DNA of 64,000 bases. Source: Bacteroides sp. GTDB taxonomy: Bacteria; Bacteroidota; Bacteroidia; Bacteroidales; Muribaculaceae. The notes below the pieces were generated by a model that did no database searches, was not told where the DNA came from, and was given only the letters and a program-made list of their open reading frames with translations. Positions 26,059-36,596 of this stretch are shown in pieces. A program made the position numbers and the translations under genes. Positions within the stretch are counted from its first letter, which is position 1. Every line of letters starts with the position of its first letter. The stretch covers positions 1,265 through 65,264 of the forward strand of contig JAAVCP010000064.1 of assembly GCA_014802265.1 (NCBI GenBank). Reading direction: 5' to 3'.

Positions 26059-27825
26059 TCAGTTAATGCGGAAAGTCACGGCAGAGGGAGATCCGGAAGG
26101 ATAATCAGGGAATTTAATCTCAAGACCATCTTTAGTGCGATTCCATGTCAGATCACCGTCATAACCCAAAAGCTTAACACTACTGATTTTATCAGGCGCA
26201 ATATCATTACCCATTGAAAGTGACTTAATCAATAATCTCTCCCCTGTTTCCGGCTTAACCATGCAGAAAGCATAAAGACTATTGTCCTTACCGACAGTAA
26301 AACGGAAATCGTTCTTCTCAAACTTGAAATCAGCATGACCACGTCCCAGACCTCCGCCGGGAAGTTTACGCAGATTACCATTATCATCAAGATTTCCCTC
26401 TCCCAATACATTCCATGCATGACTTCCATATACAGCCTCACCATTAACTGCCATCCAGTCACCTACCTCCTCAAGCATCTTGACACATTCAGGGTCGATA
26501 GAACCATCGGGACGCAGACAAATGTTGAGGGCAGCATTCCCATCACGACATACAGACTCTATTATAAAGCGGATCATCATGCCGGAGTCATACACAAATC
26601 CCGGGGCATAGAACCAATCCCCTACCGGTGCTTCTCTAATCCACGGTTGAGAAGAATTAATACTGTCAGGAAATGCAAACTCAGCTGTATTCACAGCCCC
26701 ATTGGTTGGGTGGCGAAACTTTATTATACTGAATGTGTCAACTTTCCCACGATTTTTCAAAGTATTATTATAATAATCAGCCATCACTGTCTGCATGGCA
26801 TTACATTTATATCCGGTGCCGGTTCCATTTCCGGTAAAGGGTCCCTCTACAGTACCGTCTGTATAAATAAAATCAGGATCATAATTATGCACAACGTCAA
26901 TTATTCTCAAAGCCCACTGTTTTGCATACCAACGGGCATAGTCAAGATGACGGAGAAAAATACCGGGTTTAGGAGGTGTCCAGCCTGTGTGGGCATTCTG
27001 CTCCACAGAGGCGTATTCCCGAAGATCTATCCCATAAAGCAGACGTGGATCATATCCTTCCCACCATTTGCCTTTTCCATCTTCAAGTGTGAGATTACCA
27101 TCATACGGCACTCCTGCCTTGTCACCCTCCTTGTCAGCACCAAAGGCAGTCTGCCACCACCACCATGTGTATTCATGATGAAACGTAACGCCATAATGCA
27201 TATCATTCTCCCTACATGCCACGCTCCATTCCTTAAGGAAGTCTCGTTTTGGACCAATATTCACTGAATTCCAAGGATGGTATTGAGAATCCCACAGATC
27301 ATAGTTGTCATGATGCACACCTTGAATCATCAGAAACCTTGCACCCGCCTTCTTATACAGTCCGGTAAGGTAAGCCGGATCAAGTTTATCAGGATTCCAT
27401 GTGTGAAGCACATCTTTATAGCCTACCTCTGACGGATGACCATATCGTTCCAGGTGATTCTTATAGGCATGATGTTCCTCTTTATATAGATTACGTGCAT
27501 ACCAGTCGCCGCTCTCTCCTGCTGACTGAGGTCCGAAGTGAACCCATATCCCAAACTTAGCGTCGCGTAGCCATTCCGGTGAACCCGGATAATTACTCTC
27601 TATTGATTCCCAATTCGGTTTAAAAGGACCGGGGGTGATGTCAAGGTCAACAACTTCCTCATTAAAATCCTCTGCACCCTCAAGTGGCTGTGATTCTATG
27701 GGAAGAGGCTTTGGCAGATCCGGGAATGTCAGGGGCTCTACTGCTACGGCAGTTAATGCCAATGTTCCCAATATGGTAGCAAAGCCATTCACAGTTAAGA
27801 ACTTTTTGATTATAAGAGATTTCAT
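26059..27825 (-). CDS. Alpha-L-fucosidase (GH29)
   Basis: PEWLRDAKFGIWVHFG, HHDNYDLWDS, YDPDFIYTDG (nucleophile region) and W..VNGEAVYGS motifs; signal-like N-terminus. Confidence 0.88.
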   Translation of the reverse strand: MKSLIIKKFLTVNGFATILGTLALTAVAVEPLTFPDLPKPLPIESQPLEGAEDFNEEVVDLDITPGPFKPNWESIESNYPGSPEWLRDAKFGIWVHFGPQSAGESGDWYARNLYKEEHHAYKNHLERYGHPSEVGYKDVLHTWNPDKLDPAYLTGLYKKAGARFLMIQGVHHDNYDLWDSQYHPWNSVNIGPKRDFLKEWSVACRENDMHYGVTFHHEYTWWWWQTAFGADKEGDKAGVPYDGNLTLEDGKGKWWEGYDPRLLYGIDLREYASVEQNAHTGWTPPKPGIFLRHLDYARWYAKQWALRIIDVVHNYDPDFIYTDGTVEGPFTGNGTGTGYKCNAMQTVMADYYNNTLKNRGKVDTFSIIKFRHPTNGAVNTAEFAFPDSINSSQPWIREAPVGDWFYAPGFVYDSGMMIRFIIESVCRDGNAALNICLRPDGSIDPECVKMLEEVGDWMAVNGEAVYGSHAWNVLGEGNLDDNGNLRKLPGGGLGRGHADFKFEKNDFRFTVGKDNSLYAFCMVKPETGERLLIKSLSMGNDIAPDKISSVKLLGYDGDLTWNRTKDGLEIKFPDYPSGSPSAVTFRIN

Positions 27826-28188
27826 GATTAGTAGATTAGAATTTTTATATTATTTCTGACATAAGTAGTTGACTAAATTAATGAATCTATGATTACGGAG
27901 AATTTTTGACGATACCTATAACTTGTATGCAAGAGTTTATAGGGATAAACAACTTATTGAAAGCTATAAATAGATCAAAAAGACAAACAAGGGTATGTCA
28001 TTAATTTTTATCAGCCACTTAAAGTGCAAAGTTAGCACATTATTTAATATTATATTTAATTTTTATAGAATATATTTTACATTTATAATTTATTTTTTGT
28101 ATCTTCGCAACAGAATGCAGACATTTAGGCTTTATCAGAACCCTATAACATTCCAATTTGTTATTACTTTATTAAAACCCGTTTACTT

Positions 28189-29193
28189 ATGAAGAAAATA
28201 TTATCAACCCTCGCAATATTCGGCACTATTCTGTTGGCAGCATGCTCCCACCAGAATCCAACCCTCGACATCTCTTTGTCGGAAAAATTTGAAGGTCAGA
28301 AAGTGGAAGTCATGAACTTCCTTGACTCCACATCGCTTGCCACAGCCGTGGTGACTGACGGAAAGGCTCAGATTGTACGCCCCGACTCCACACCGGTGTT
28401 CGCCTCAGTATTAATAGATGGCAGAACAAGGGCTTTCTATGTGGTAGAACCGGGAGTGGCACTTGTCAACGACTCCACCAACTCTGCTATCGGCACACCG
28501 CTGAATAATAAGTTCTCCGGTCTTCTCGCGCAACTTGACTCTATCGAGAATCTTGATGACATGGGACTGTATATGGACTTTGTGGAGAAAAGCTACAATG
28601 AAAACAAGAATAATCCTATCGGCTCATACTTTGGCATCGAATGGATTAAATATGCTCCACTTAATCAGGTAGACAGTCTGCTTGCAATTGCTCCGGAGTC
28701 GCTTAAGAAATCTCCAAAAGCACAACATTACCGCAATTTCGCAGCTCTACGTGCAATAACAGCCCCTGGTCAACCATTCATTGACTTTGAAGGGGAAACT
28801 CTTGACGGCAAATCAACCACCTTCGCCTCTTTTGTGAAACCCGGTAAATATACTCTCGTTGACTTCTGGGCAAGCTGGTGCCCCTATTGCATAAAGGAAT
28901 TGCCTGACATGGCTTCTCTGTATCAGCGCTGGAAAGACAACGGTCTGGAAATTGTAGGCGTTGCAGTAAGAGACACACCTGATGACTCCAAGGCTGCCGT
29001 ATCAAAACATAATATCACTTGGCCCGTGATCTACAATACTCAGCGTAAACCTTACGACATTTATGGCTTCTCAGGCATTCCTCACCACATGCTTATCGGT
29101 CCGGACGGAAAGATCGTGTCACGCGATGAGTCACTCTCTCAGATTGAGGCACGTCTGAAGGCAGCTGCGAAAGAGGCACAAACTAATAAATAA
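28189..29193 (+). CDS. TlpA-like thiol-disulfide oxidoreductase lipoprotein
   Basis: Lipobox LAAC; LVDFWASWCPYC active site; GIPH cis-Pro loop. Confidence 0.9.
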   Translation: MKKILSTLAIFGTILLAACSHQNPTLDISLSEKFEGQKVEVMNFLDSTSLATAVVTDGKAQIVRPDSTPVFASVLIDGRTRAFYVVEPGVALVNDSTNSAIGTPLNNKFSGLLAQLDSIENLDDMGLYMDFVEKSYNENKNNPIGSYFGIEWIKYAPLNQVDSLLAIAPESLKKSPKAQHYRNFAALRAITAPGQPFIDFEGETLDGKSTTFASFVKPGKYTLVDFWASWCPYCIKELPDMASLYQRWKDNGLEIVGVAVRDTPDDSKAAVSKHNITWPVIYNTQRKPYDIYGFSGIPHHMLIGPDGKIVSRDESLSQIEARLKAAAKEAQTNK

Positions 29194-29204
29194 TCACACA
29201 AACT

Positions 29205-30893
29205 ATGAATAACACTAAAGACCCACTTAAACCATACGGAGAGCGTTCCCTTAATTACATTATTGAAAATGCAATTAAAAAGAATTGGGAACTCCTCGCC
29301 TTCTCCGACATAGGAGGAAGCAATTATAAATTTTCAGAAGTAGCCGAGCTTATTGAGAAGCTGCACATTCTCTTTGAGGCAGCCGATGTAAAGCCGGGCG
29401 ACAAGGTGGCACTATGTGGCAAAAATTCATCTGCATGGGCTATGACTTTTATCGCCTGTCTTACGTATGGTGCGGTGGCTGTGCCTATTCTCCACGAGTT
29501 TAAGCCCGACAGCGTGCATAATCTTGTCAACCATAGTGATGCAAAACTCCTCTTCGCGGATAAGGCTATCCTTGACAAACTTGAAGAGAATAAACTCCCT
29601 AATCTTGTGGGTGCATTTTATATGATGGAAGAAGGCATTGCATTCTCCCGCAGTAAGAAACTGACTGATGCCCGTCAAGATCTCAACGAACTCTTCGGGA
29701 AAAAATATCCGGAAAACTTCTCTCCTCAATCAATCTGCTACTTCCGTGATTCCCCACAGGATCTTGCGCTTATCAATTATACTTCCGGTTCCACCGGAGA
29801 ACCCAAAGGCGTTATGCTTCCTTTCCTCAGCATCTGGAGCAATATAAGATACAGTATTGACAAGCTGACTTTCCTGAAGCCGGGTGACGGTATGGTAAAC
29901 ATGCTTCCGTTAGGTCATCTCTATGGAATGGTGTTTGAGATGCTTCATCCTTTCGTGAAAGGGTGTAACTGTAACTTCCTTACCAAGGCTCCTTCCCCAC
30001 GGGTGCTTATCAGTGCCTTTGCTCAAATAAGACCTAAACTTATCATTACGGTGCCTTTGGTGATCGAGAAGATAATTCGTGCGAATGTCTTCCCGAAACT
30101 GCAAACCACTTCCATGAAAATTCTTCTTAAAATTCCGATAATCAACAATCGTATCTATGCAAAGATAAGAGAAAAATTAGTTGAAACATTCGGTGGCAGG
30201 ATTCAGGAGATTATAATTGGAGGTGCCCCCTTAAACGCCGAAGTTGAATCATTCCTTTATCGCATTAAATTCCCTATTACGGTAGGCTATGGAATGACCG
30301 AATGCGGACCGCTGATCACTTACGAGCCTCCTAAAGAATCACGTCCACACACCGTAGGCAGAATCGTAGACCGCATGGAAATCAAAGTTGATTCTCCTGA
30401 CCCGGCACATGTGCCCGGAAATATAATGGTTAAGGGCGACAACGTGATGCGAGGATATTACAAGAATGAAAAAGCCACTAAGGAGGTTTTCCCTAAAAAT
30501 GACGGCTGGATGAATACTGGTGATATGGGGTTAATATCGCCTGATGGCATGATTTCCATCAGCGGACGCTCTAAGACTATGATTCTTGGCCCGTCAGGTC
30601 AGAACATTTACCCGGAGGAAATTGAGCAGAGAATCAATAGTATGCCATTTGTGGCTGAGTCGCTTGTAATTGATGATGATGGCAAACTTGTGGCTCTCAT
30701 ATTCCCTGATTTTGATACGGCTAAAAAGAAAGGTATTGACCGTGCACAGCTTGACAATGTGATGGCTGAGAATCTTAAAACCGTAAATAAAGAACTGGAG
30801 GCATACAGCCGACTCAACAGGTTTGAAATTGTAGAGCAGGAATTTGAAAAAACTCCTAAGCGCAGTATCAAACGTTTCCTTTATCAGAGATAA
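29205..30893 (+). CDS. Long-chain-fatty-acid--CoA ligase (AMP-binding)
   Basis: YTSGSTGEPKG, GYGMTE, TGDMG and GQNIYPEEIE motifs. Confidence 0.9.
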   Translation: MNNTKDPLKPYGERSLNYIIENAIKKNWELLAFSDIGGSNYKFSEVAELIEKLHILFEAADVKPGDKVALCGKNSSAWAMTFIACLTYGAVAVPILHEFKPDSVHNLVNHSDAKLLFADKAILDKLEENKLPNLVGAFYMMEEGIAFSRSKKLTDARQDLNELFGKKYPENFSPQSICYFRDSPQDLALINYTSGSTGEPKGVMLPFLSIWSNIRYSIDKLTFLKPGDGMVNMLPLGHLYGMVFEMLHPFVKGCNCNFLTKAPSPRVLISAFAQIRPKLIITVPLVIEKIIRANVFPKLQTTSMKILLKIPIINNRIYAKIREKLVETFGGRIQEIIIGGAPLNAEVESFLYRIKFPITVGYGMTECGPLITYEPPKESRPHTVGRIVDRMEIKVDSPDPAHVPGNIMVKGDNVMRGYYKNEKATKEVFPKNDGWMNTGDMGLISPDGMISISGRSKTMILGPSGQNIYPEEIEQRINSMPFVAESLVIDDDGKLVALIFPDFDTAKKKGIDRAQLDNVMAENLKTVNKELEAYSRLNRFEIVEQEFEKTPKRSIKRFLYQR

Positions 30894-30905
30894 TTACTCC
30901 TAAAT

Positions 30906-31820
30906 ATGAATTATCAGCAGATAATAGATAAAATCTATAACGAAGTCAAGCCACTTTTCGGAAATGGGAAAGTGGCTGACTATATCCCTGCCCTTGCCAA
31001 TGTCAATCCCAAGCAATTTGGGATAGCGATAGCCACTACCGATGGCAAGGTGTATGGGACAGGTGACTATCAGACCAAATTTTCCATTCAGAGTATTTCC
31101 AAAGTATTTACTTTGACAATGGTGATGCATCACTATGATGAGGAGCTTTGGGAATGTGTGGGGCGTGAACCTTCCGGCTCCCCTTTCAATTCTCTTGTGC
31201 AGCTTGAATATGAGCATGGCATTCCCCGGAATCCATTCATTAATGCCGGTGCCCTCGTCATAACCGACAGGTTAATGAACCTTTATCCACGCCCTAAGGA
31301 AAGTATTCTGAATTTTATCAGGGAAATGGCTGATTCACCCGATATTTATTTCGACCAATCGGTGGCACGTTCAGAACTGGAATGTGCCGACCGCAATATG
31401 GCACTCGGCTACTTCATGAAGAGTTTTGGAAACATTGACAATGCGATGGAATCACTTATAGATGTATATTGCAATCAATGCAGTGTCACCATGACATGTG
31501 AAGAGTTGGCAAAGTCATTTATGTATCTGGTCAATCACGGGGTCAATCCCTACACCGGTCAGCGTATTCTGTCTGTCAGCAAATCCAAGCGACTTAATGC
31601 CCTCATGCTCACATGCGGCTTCTACGATGAATCGGGCGATTTCGCTTTCCGCGTAGGTATGCCCGGCAAAAGCGGTGTAGGCGGAGGAATCGTGGCTATA
31701 ATACCGGGTAAACTGAGCATTGCCGTGTGGAGTCCGGAACTCGACAAGCATGGCAACTCCTATATGGGCATCGAGACTCTTGAGAGATTCACCACCGACA
31801 TAGGTAAATCTATATTCTAA
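30906..31820 (+). CDS. glsA: Glutaminase
   Basis: GKVADYIPAL, FSIQSISK (catalytic SxxK), NPFINAGA and PGKSGVGGG motifs. Confidence 0.95.
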   Translation: MNYQQIIDKIYNEVKPLFGNGKVADYIPALANVNPKQFGIAIATTDGKVYGTGDYQTKFSIQSISKVFTLTMVMHHYDEELWECVGREPSGSPFNSLVQLEYEHGIPRNPFINAGALVITDRLMNLYPRPKESILNFIREMADSPDIYFDQSVARSELECADRNMALGYFMKSFGNIDNAMESLIDVYCNQCSVTMTCEELAKSFMYLVNHGVNPYTGQRILSVSKSKRLNALMLTCGFYDESGDFAFRVGMPGKSGVGGGIVAIIPGKLSIAVWSPELDKHGNSYMGIETLERFTTDIGKSIF

Positions 31821-31836
31821 TGATTAAAGATAAAAA

Positions 31837-31874
31837 ATTAACGATAAGTTGAAAATTAATTACTTATCGTTAAT
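31837..31874. terminator. Bidirectional terminator between glsA and nth
   Basis: attaacgataagt ... acttatcgttaat 13-bp inverted repeat. Confidence 0.7.
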
Positions 31875-31880
31875 CTTTAT

Positions 31881-32525
31881 TCATTTATCCTTATTCTTCT
31901 GATAATATTGACAGAAAGATTTTATCCCACAATTGTCACAATCGGGTTTACGTGCCTTACACACATATCTGCCATGCAGGATAAGCCAATGATGGGCTTT
32001 CCCTACTATCTCCGGTGGAAGATATTTAATAAGGGTCTTTTCAGTAGCAAGAGGGGTCTTTGAATTATTTGTGAGACCAATACGGTTACTCACCCGGAAT
32101 ACGTGTGTGTCTACTGCCATAGCAGACTTATTCCACACAACGGAGAGCATTACATTGGCAGTCTTTCGCCCTACCCCGGGAAGTTTCATAAGATTATCTA
32201 TGTCCGAAGGCATCTCTCCTCCAAACTGTTCCACCAATACTTTTGCCGCGTTTATAAGATGGCGGGTTTTATTATTGGGAAACGTGACGCTCTTTATGTA
32301 AGGGAAAACCTCATCTTCAGTTGCAGACGCAAGCGACTGCGGATCAGGGAATGCCTCAAACAAAGGGGGCGTGACAATATTGACACGCTTGTCGGTGCAT
32401 TGCGCCGACAAGATAACGGCAAGCAGCAAATGAAACGGCGAATCATAACGAAGCTCGGTTTCCGGAGAAGGCATGTTCTCCGAAAACCAAGCTATTATTC
32501 CTTCATATCTTTCCTTAGTGGTCAT
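31881..32525 (-). CDS. nth: Endonuclease III
   Basis: LSAQCTD, HhH LPGVGRKTAN, VDTHV, and C-x6-C-x2-C-x5-C Fe-S motif. Confidence 0.97.
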   Translation of the reverse strand: MTTKERYEGIIAWFSENMPSPETELRYDSPFHLLLAVILSAQCTDKRVNIVTPPLFEAFPDPQSLASATEDEVFPYIKSVTFPNNKTRHLINAAKVLVEQFGGEMPSDIDNLMKLPGVGRKTANVMLSVVWNKSAMAVDTHVFRVSNRIGLTNNSKTPLATEKTLIKYLPPEIVGKAHHWLILHGRYVCKARKPDCDNCGIKSFCQYYQKNKDK

Positions 32526-32537
32526 TTATCTGATTGC

Positions 32538-33563
32538 TTATCTTGCTGACTCAAACTCGGCAAGGAAACGGACATCGTTTTCACTGAACATACGGAGATC
32601 TTTCACTCTGTATTTCAGATTTGTAATGCGCTCAATACCCATGCCGAATGCATAGCCCGAATACACCTCGGGATCAATACCGCATGCCTTGAGGACATTC
32701 GGATCAACCATACCGCACCCTAAAATTTCAACCCAGCCGGTTCCCTTGCAGAACGCGCAGCCCTTGCCTCCGCAGATATCGCAGCTGATATCCATTTCAG
32801 CCGATGGCTCGGTGAAGGGGAAATAAGACGGACGAAGACGTATTTTCGTTTCCGCGCCAAACATCTCCTGAGCAAAATTAAGCAACACTTGCTTCAGATC
32901 GGCAAATGATACATTCTTATCAATGTAAAGACCCTCTACCTGATGGAAGAAACAATGCGCACGCGCCGAGATAGCCTCGTTACGATATACTCTTCCGGGG
33001 CACACAATGCGGATAGGAGGCTGATTCTTCTCCATAGTGCGTGTCTGCACAGATGAGGTATGTGTGCGAAGAAGCACATCCACCGGAGTGCGTGAAATGA
33101 AGAAAGTATCCTGCATGTCACGTGCTGGGTGATCAGGAGGGAAGTTTAATGACGAAAACACGTGCCAGTCATCTTCAATCTCCGGACCCTCGGCGATAGT
33201 GAATCCCATTCCGGCAAATATACGGATAATATCATTTTTAACGATTGAAAGAGGATGGCGTGAGCCTACCGGGAAAGGAGTGGCAGTGCGTGTAAGGTCG
33301 ATTGAAGCGTTATCCTTATCAGCCCCTGCGGAAAGTTGTTCTTTCAGAGAGTTGATTTTTTCTGTCACAAACCCTTTCAGTTCATTGAGTTTCTGACCCA
33401 ATTCACGTTTGCTTTCAGCGGGTACATTACGGAAGTCAGCCATCAGTGCCGACACCTCACCTTTCTTACTGAGATATTTTATGCGGAGTTCCTCCACAGC
33501 TTCTGCCGTGGCAGCTGATGCTGCCGATATCTCCTCTTTGATCCTGTTGATTTTTTCTATCAT
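32538..33563 (-). CDS. pheS: Phenylalanyl-tRNA synthetase alpha subunit
   Basis: HPARDMQDTF, LRTHTS, FHQVEG, YFPFTEPS and AFGMGIER motifs. Confidence 0.98.
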   Translation of the reverse strand: MIEKINRIKEEISAASAATAEAVEELRIKYLSKKGEVSALMADFRNVPAESKRELGQKLNELKGFVTEKINSLKEQLSAGADKDNASIDLTRTATPFPVGSRHPLSIVKNDIIRIFAGMGFTIAEGPEIEDDWHVFSSLNFPPDHPARDMQDTFFISRTPVDVLLRTHTSSVQTRTMEKNQPPIRIVCPGRVYRNEAISARAHCFFHQVEGLYIDKNVSFADLKQVLLNFAQEMFGAETKIRLRPSYFPFTEPSAEMDISCDICGGKGCAFCKGTGWVEILGCGMVDPNVLKACGIDPEVYSGYAFGMGIERITNLKYRVKDLRMFSENDVRFLAEFESAR

Positions 33564-33736
33564 TTCTTATATAGAATTGTCGGTTTTTCCCACCTTTACT
33601 CCAATTTAGGGGCAGGAATTAAGACTTGTAGTCATTATTTCGCGAAATTACTAAAAAAATCTCGAACAAATTGTATTATTTCGCCATTTTTCAAGTTATT
33701 TAGATTAAAAGAACCAATCTAAATATAAAATCTAAT

Positions 33737-34456
33737 ATGAAATCATCCAACATTTCAATTTCTGCTACCGTATGTGGATTATTGGTGGCTGTCGGGCTTC
33801 TGCTGCTCGGCATACAGATTAAACGAGGTCTTAACAGCATATCCGCTAATCAAAGAGTGGTGACTGTGAGAGGATTGGCAGAGAAAGAGGTAACTGCCAA
33901 CAAAGTCACATGGCCCGTGGTTACAAAAGAGGTAGGAAATGACCTTCCATCTATCTATTCAAAAATAGAGTCAACAAATAAGGCTATACTTGAATTTCTG
34001 AAGACCAACGGCATAACAGATCAGGAGATATCCGTAAATCCTCCTCAGGTGCTTGACCTTCAGGCTGACCGCTACAACTCCAATAATGTCCCTTTCCGAT
34101 ATAATGTGACAAATGTAGTGGTTGTCACCTCTTCCCAAGTGGAAAAAGTCAATAAGCTCATTGAGAAACAGACAGAGTTGCTCAAGCAAGGAATAGCAAT
34201 CGTAGCCGGCGACTACCAGTATCAGACAACCTACGAGTATACTGACCTCAACTCTATCAAACCGGAGATGATTGCAAGTGCCACCAAAAATGCACGTGAG
34301 GCAGCCAATAAGTTTGCTGAAGACTCCAATAGTGAGCTTGGCAAAATAAAGACTGCATCCCAAGGGCAATTCTCTATAGAAGACCGTGACCAATACACTC
34401 CCTATATTAAAAATGTACGAGTAGTGTCAACCATCGTCTATTATCTTAATGACTAA
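33737..34456 (+). CDS. SIMPL (DUF541) domain protein
   Basis: N-terminal TM; VTVRGLAEKEV, IKPEMIA.AT.NAR.AA..FA.DS...LGKIK.ASQGQFSI and K.VRVV motifs. Confidence 0.9.
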   Translation: MKSSNISISATVCGLLVAVGLLLLGIQIKRGLNSISANQRVVTVRGLAEKEVTANKVTWPVVTKEVGNDLPSIYSKIESTNKAILEFLKTNGITDQEISVNPPQVLDLQADRYNSNNVPFRYNVTNVVVVTSSQVEKVNKLIEKQTELLKQGIAIVAGDYQYQTTYEYTDLNSIKPEMIASATKNAREAANKFAEDSNSELGKIKTASQGQFSIEDRDQYTPYIKNVRVVSTIVYYLND

Positions 34457-34480
34457 TCTAAGCCTTCCCAACCATAACAT

Positions 34481-34531
34481 AAAAGGAAATGTGTATCAAA
34501 ATTCCGAAAATTTTGATACACACTCCCTTTT
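34481..34531. terminator. REP-like palindrome / bidirectional terminator
   Basis: tgtgtatcaaaatt (34490-34503) / aattttgatacaca (34509-34522), flanked by aaaagg / cctttt. Confidence 0.7.
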
Positions 34532-34609
34532 GTCATAACATAGCTTTGCATTCTGTGAGTGAATCCATGGATTCACTTCATGTTTTTATCCACCCTCTAT
34601 GCAAGATTC

Positions 34610-35833
34610 TTAGCTTTTTATCATTGACTGGAGCGGCTTAAGCCTATATGCCGGAATCACTAATATAAATGTTATAATTGCCAATGCAACAAAACACCAT
34701 GCAGAGGAGTGCATTATATTACCGATGCCTACAAGTGGCGCAACTATGGCAGCAAATATATATTTTACAACGTTTAGGATAGCTCCGGCTGTGCCGGCAT
34801 CTGACTTACCTTCCTCCATTCCAAGACTATTGGCTGACGAAAACAACATGCCGCTGCCAACAAGCATGGGGATAACTGCCAATTCATACCACAGGAAGTG
34901 CAGCTCATGATACATCACCAATGCCTCAGCCACTGCAAACAGACACATTATAAGTGTGCCTGTCACAAGTCCTTTCTTAAGCACCTTAAACCGCATCACT
35001 AATGTGGAACCCACTGCAATAGCCACTGCATTTGCCCCAAATACTAAGCCAAACTTAAGCGATGAGAAACCATAATGATCCTGATAGATAAACGGTGCCG
35101 ATGAGATATAGGCATAAAGCAAACCGATACCCAATGCCTTAAGAAGCACATATATCATAAAGCGGCGATTGGAAAACAACGCCATATACGCTTTGACATA
35201 TACTTTTAGGTTGCTTGCTGGCAAACGCTTGTCTTGGGGAAGACTTTCCGGACGCCTCCATGACCAAAAGAGCATACCTATTCCTATTATCAAAAGCAAC
35301 ACGAATATTCCGCGCCACCCTGTTGAGTCTGCCATAAAGCCTCCGATAAGCGGAGCCGTAGCGGGCGCAAAACCATTTATGGCACCCACCAGTGCCATCA
35401 CTTTTGCAAGTTGACGTCCTTCATAAAGGTCAGTAGGAATTGAATAAGACAACACCATTGCCCCTCCGGCTCCTATGCCTTGGAAAAGCCGGCAGATAAT
35501 GAAGAAGAGTATTGATTCTGAAAAGAGTGACACAGCGGTACCAACGCCAAAAATGACAAGCGACAGCAACAGAATTGGTTTTCTGCCATAATGGTCACTA
35601 AGCGAACCCCAAATCACAGAGCCTATCCCAAGTCCTATCATAACCATTGAAAGTCCCATCTGAGTCATTGACGGAGTGGTGTGAAATTCGCGCATCATCT
35701 TTGGGATAGTAGGAAGATACATATCGTTAACCAACGAACTGAATGCCCCTAATATCGCTATAAATATAAGGAATAATAAAAACGAATGTTTCCCCTGAGA
35801 GGTTGAAGGAGAAGGAGATATATTGTTTGTCAT
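34610..35833 (-). CDS. Bcr/CflA-family multidrug MFS efflux transporter
   Basis: DMYLPT, GSLSDHYGRKP, RLFQG, APLIGG and PESLP motifs. Confidence 0.9.
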   Translation of the reverse strand: MTNNISPSPSTSQGKHSFLLFLIFIAILGAFSSLVNDMYLPTIPKMMREFHTTPSMTQMGLSMVMIGLGIGSVIWGSLSDHYGRKPILLLSLVIFGVGTAVSLFSESILFFIICRLFQGIGAGGAMVLSYSIPTDLYEGRQLAKVMALVGAINGFAPATAPLIGGFMADSTGWRGIFVLLLIIGIGMLFWSWRRPESLPQDKRLPASNLKVYVKAYMALFSNRRFMIYVLLKALGIGLLYAYISSAPFIYQDHYGFSSLKFGLVFGANAVAIAVGSTLVMRFKVLKKGLVTGTLIMCLFAVAEALVMYHELHFLWYELAVIPMLVGSGMLFSSANSLGMEEGKSDAGTAGAILNVVKYIFAAIVAPLVGIGNIMHSSAWCFVALAIITFILVIPAYRLKPLQSMIKS

Positions 35834-35853
35834 ATTATTTTTATAAAATTAGC

Positions 35854-35884
35854 CGGGCGGTCATTCCAAGTAGAATGCCGCCCG
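35854..35884 (-). terminator. Terminator-like hairpin between the acidic protein gene and the Bcr/CflA gene
   Basis: cgggcggtcattc ... gaatgccgcccg GC-rich stem. Confidence 0.55.
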
Positions 35885-35955
35885 AATAAATGATTAAATG
35901 TTTTATATTGTCTGCTTAGTGGTAATCTTTGAACTGCGGCTGCAATATTGCCAAA

Positions 35956-36294
35956 TCAATACTGATCAGCAATTTTCTTAATTGCTGTTTTATCGGGTAC
36001 AGTCTTACCGCTTCCCTCAGTCTTAAGCAATTTTTTGACAGGATAGAAATCAGGATTTTGAGAAGCCTGGTAATCGCTGGCATCTTCAGTCTCTGCACCA
36101 TCAGCGGCAGCTGCGTCTTCTACTGCCTCATCAGAGTCTTCAATTTCCTCCAGCATGTCACTCCCATTAACAAGAGTTACCCTATCTAACGCCGGATTAA
36201 CTCTTATCTGAGGATTTGAATCAAATCTGTCAAAATTCTCAATATATTCCTCTACTAAATCAGCAATTTTCTTTGATAATTCTTCGTGTGTCAT
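35956..36294 (-). CDS. Small acidic hypothetical protein
   Basis: 112-aa ORF with an AT-rich upstream start context and natural composition. Confidence 0.7.
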   Translation of the reverse strand: MTHEELSKKIADLVEEYIENFDRFDSNPQIRVNPALDRVTLVNGSDMLEEIEDSDEAVEDAAAADGAETEDASDYQASQNPDFYPVKKLLKTEGSGKTVPDKTAIKKIADQY

Positions 36295-36512
36295 AATTAA
36301 GATTAATTTTTGTTATATAATTACAACACTTTTCTCCACCTCAAAGTTTGTCCTATTCCTTCATAAATATGACCCACTCCCCTAACCTCTAATATTATCC
36401 TATCTAAGTATAGTCAATAGTATTCAATAAAGCAAGCATTCTACTCATTTCGTTAAATGCTCCATTTGATATGTTTCTTGCGTTCCGCTCTCTAATATAG
36501 GTCTATGTTATA

Positions 36513-36568
36513 AAGGAGAGTGTATCATAAATTTGAATTAGAGTTCAGGTTTATGATATACCCTCCTT
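36513..36568. terminator. REP-like long palindrome after the T9SS-cargo gene
   Basis: aaggagagtgtatcataaatttgaa / ttcaggtttatgatataccctcctt. Confidence 0.65.
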
Positions 36569-36596
36569 CTTTATGTTAGGAATAACATATCTATGA

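Noticed and set aside
26335-27267. 310-aa plus-strand ORF
   Set aside because: Lies entirely antisense to the GH29 gene, has no motifs and has shadow-ORF composition.
26059-27825. Polysaccharide utilisation locus around the fucosidase
   Set aside because: No SusC/SusD pair, HTCS or other CAZyme is adjacent; it is an orphan GH29.
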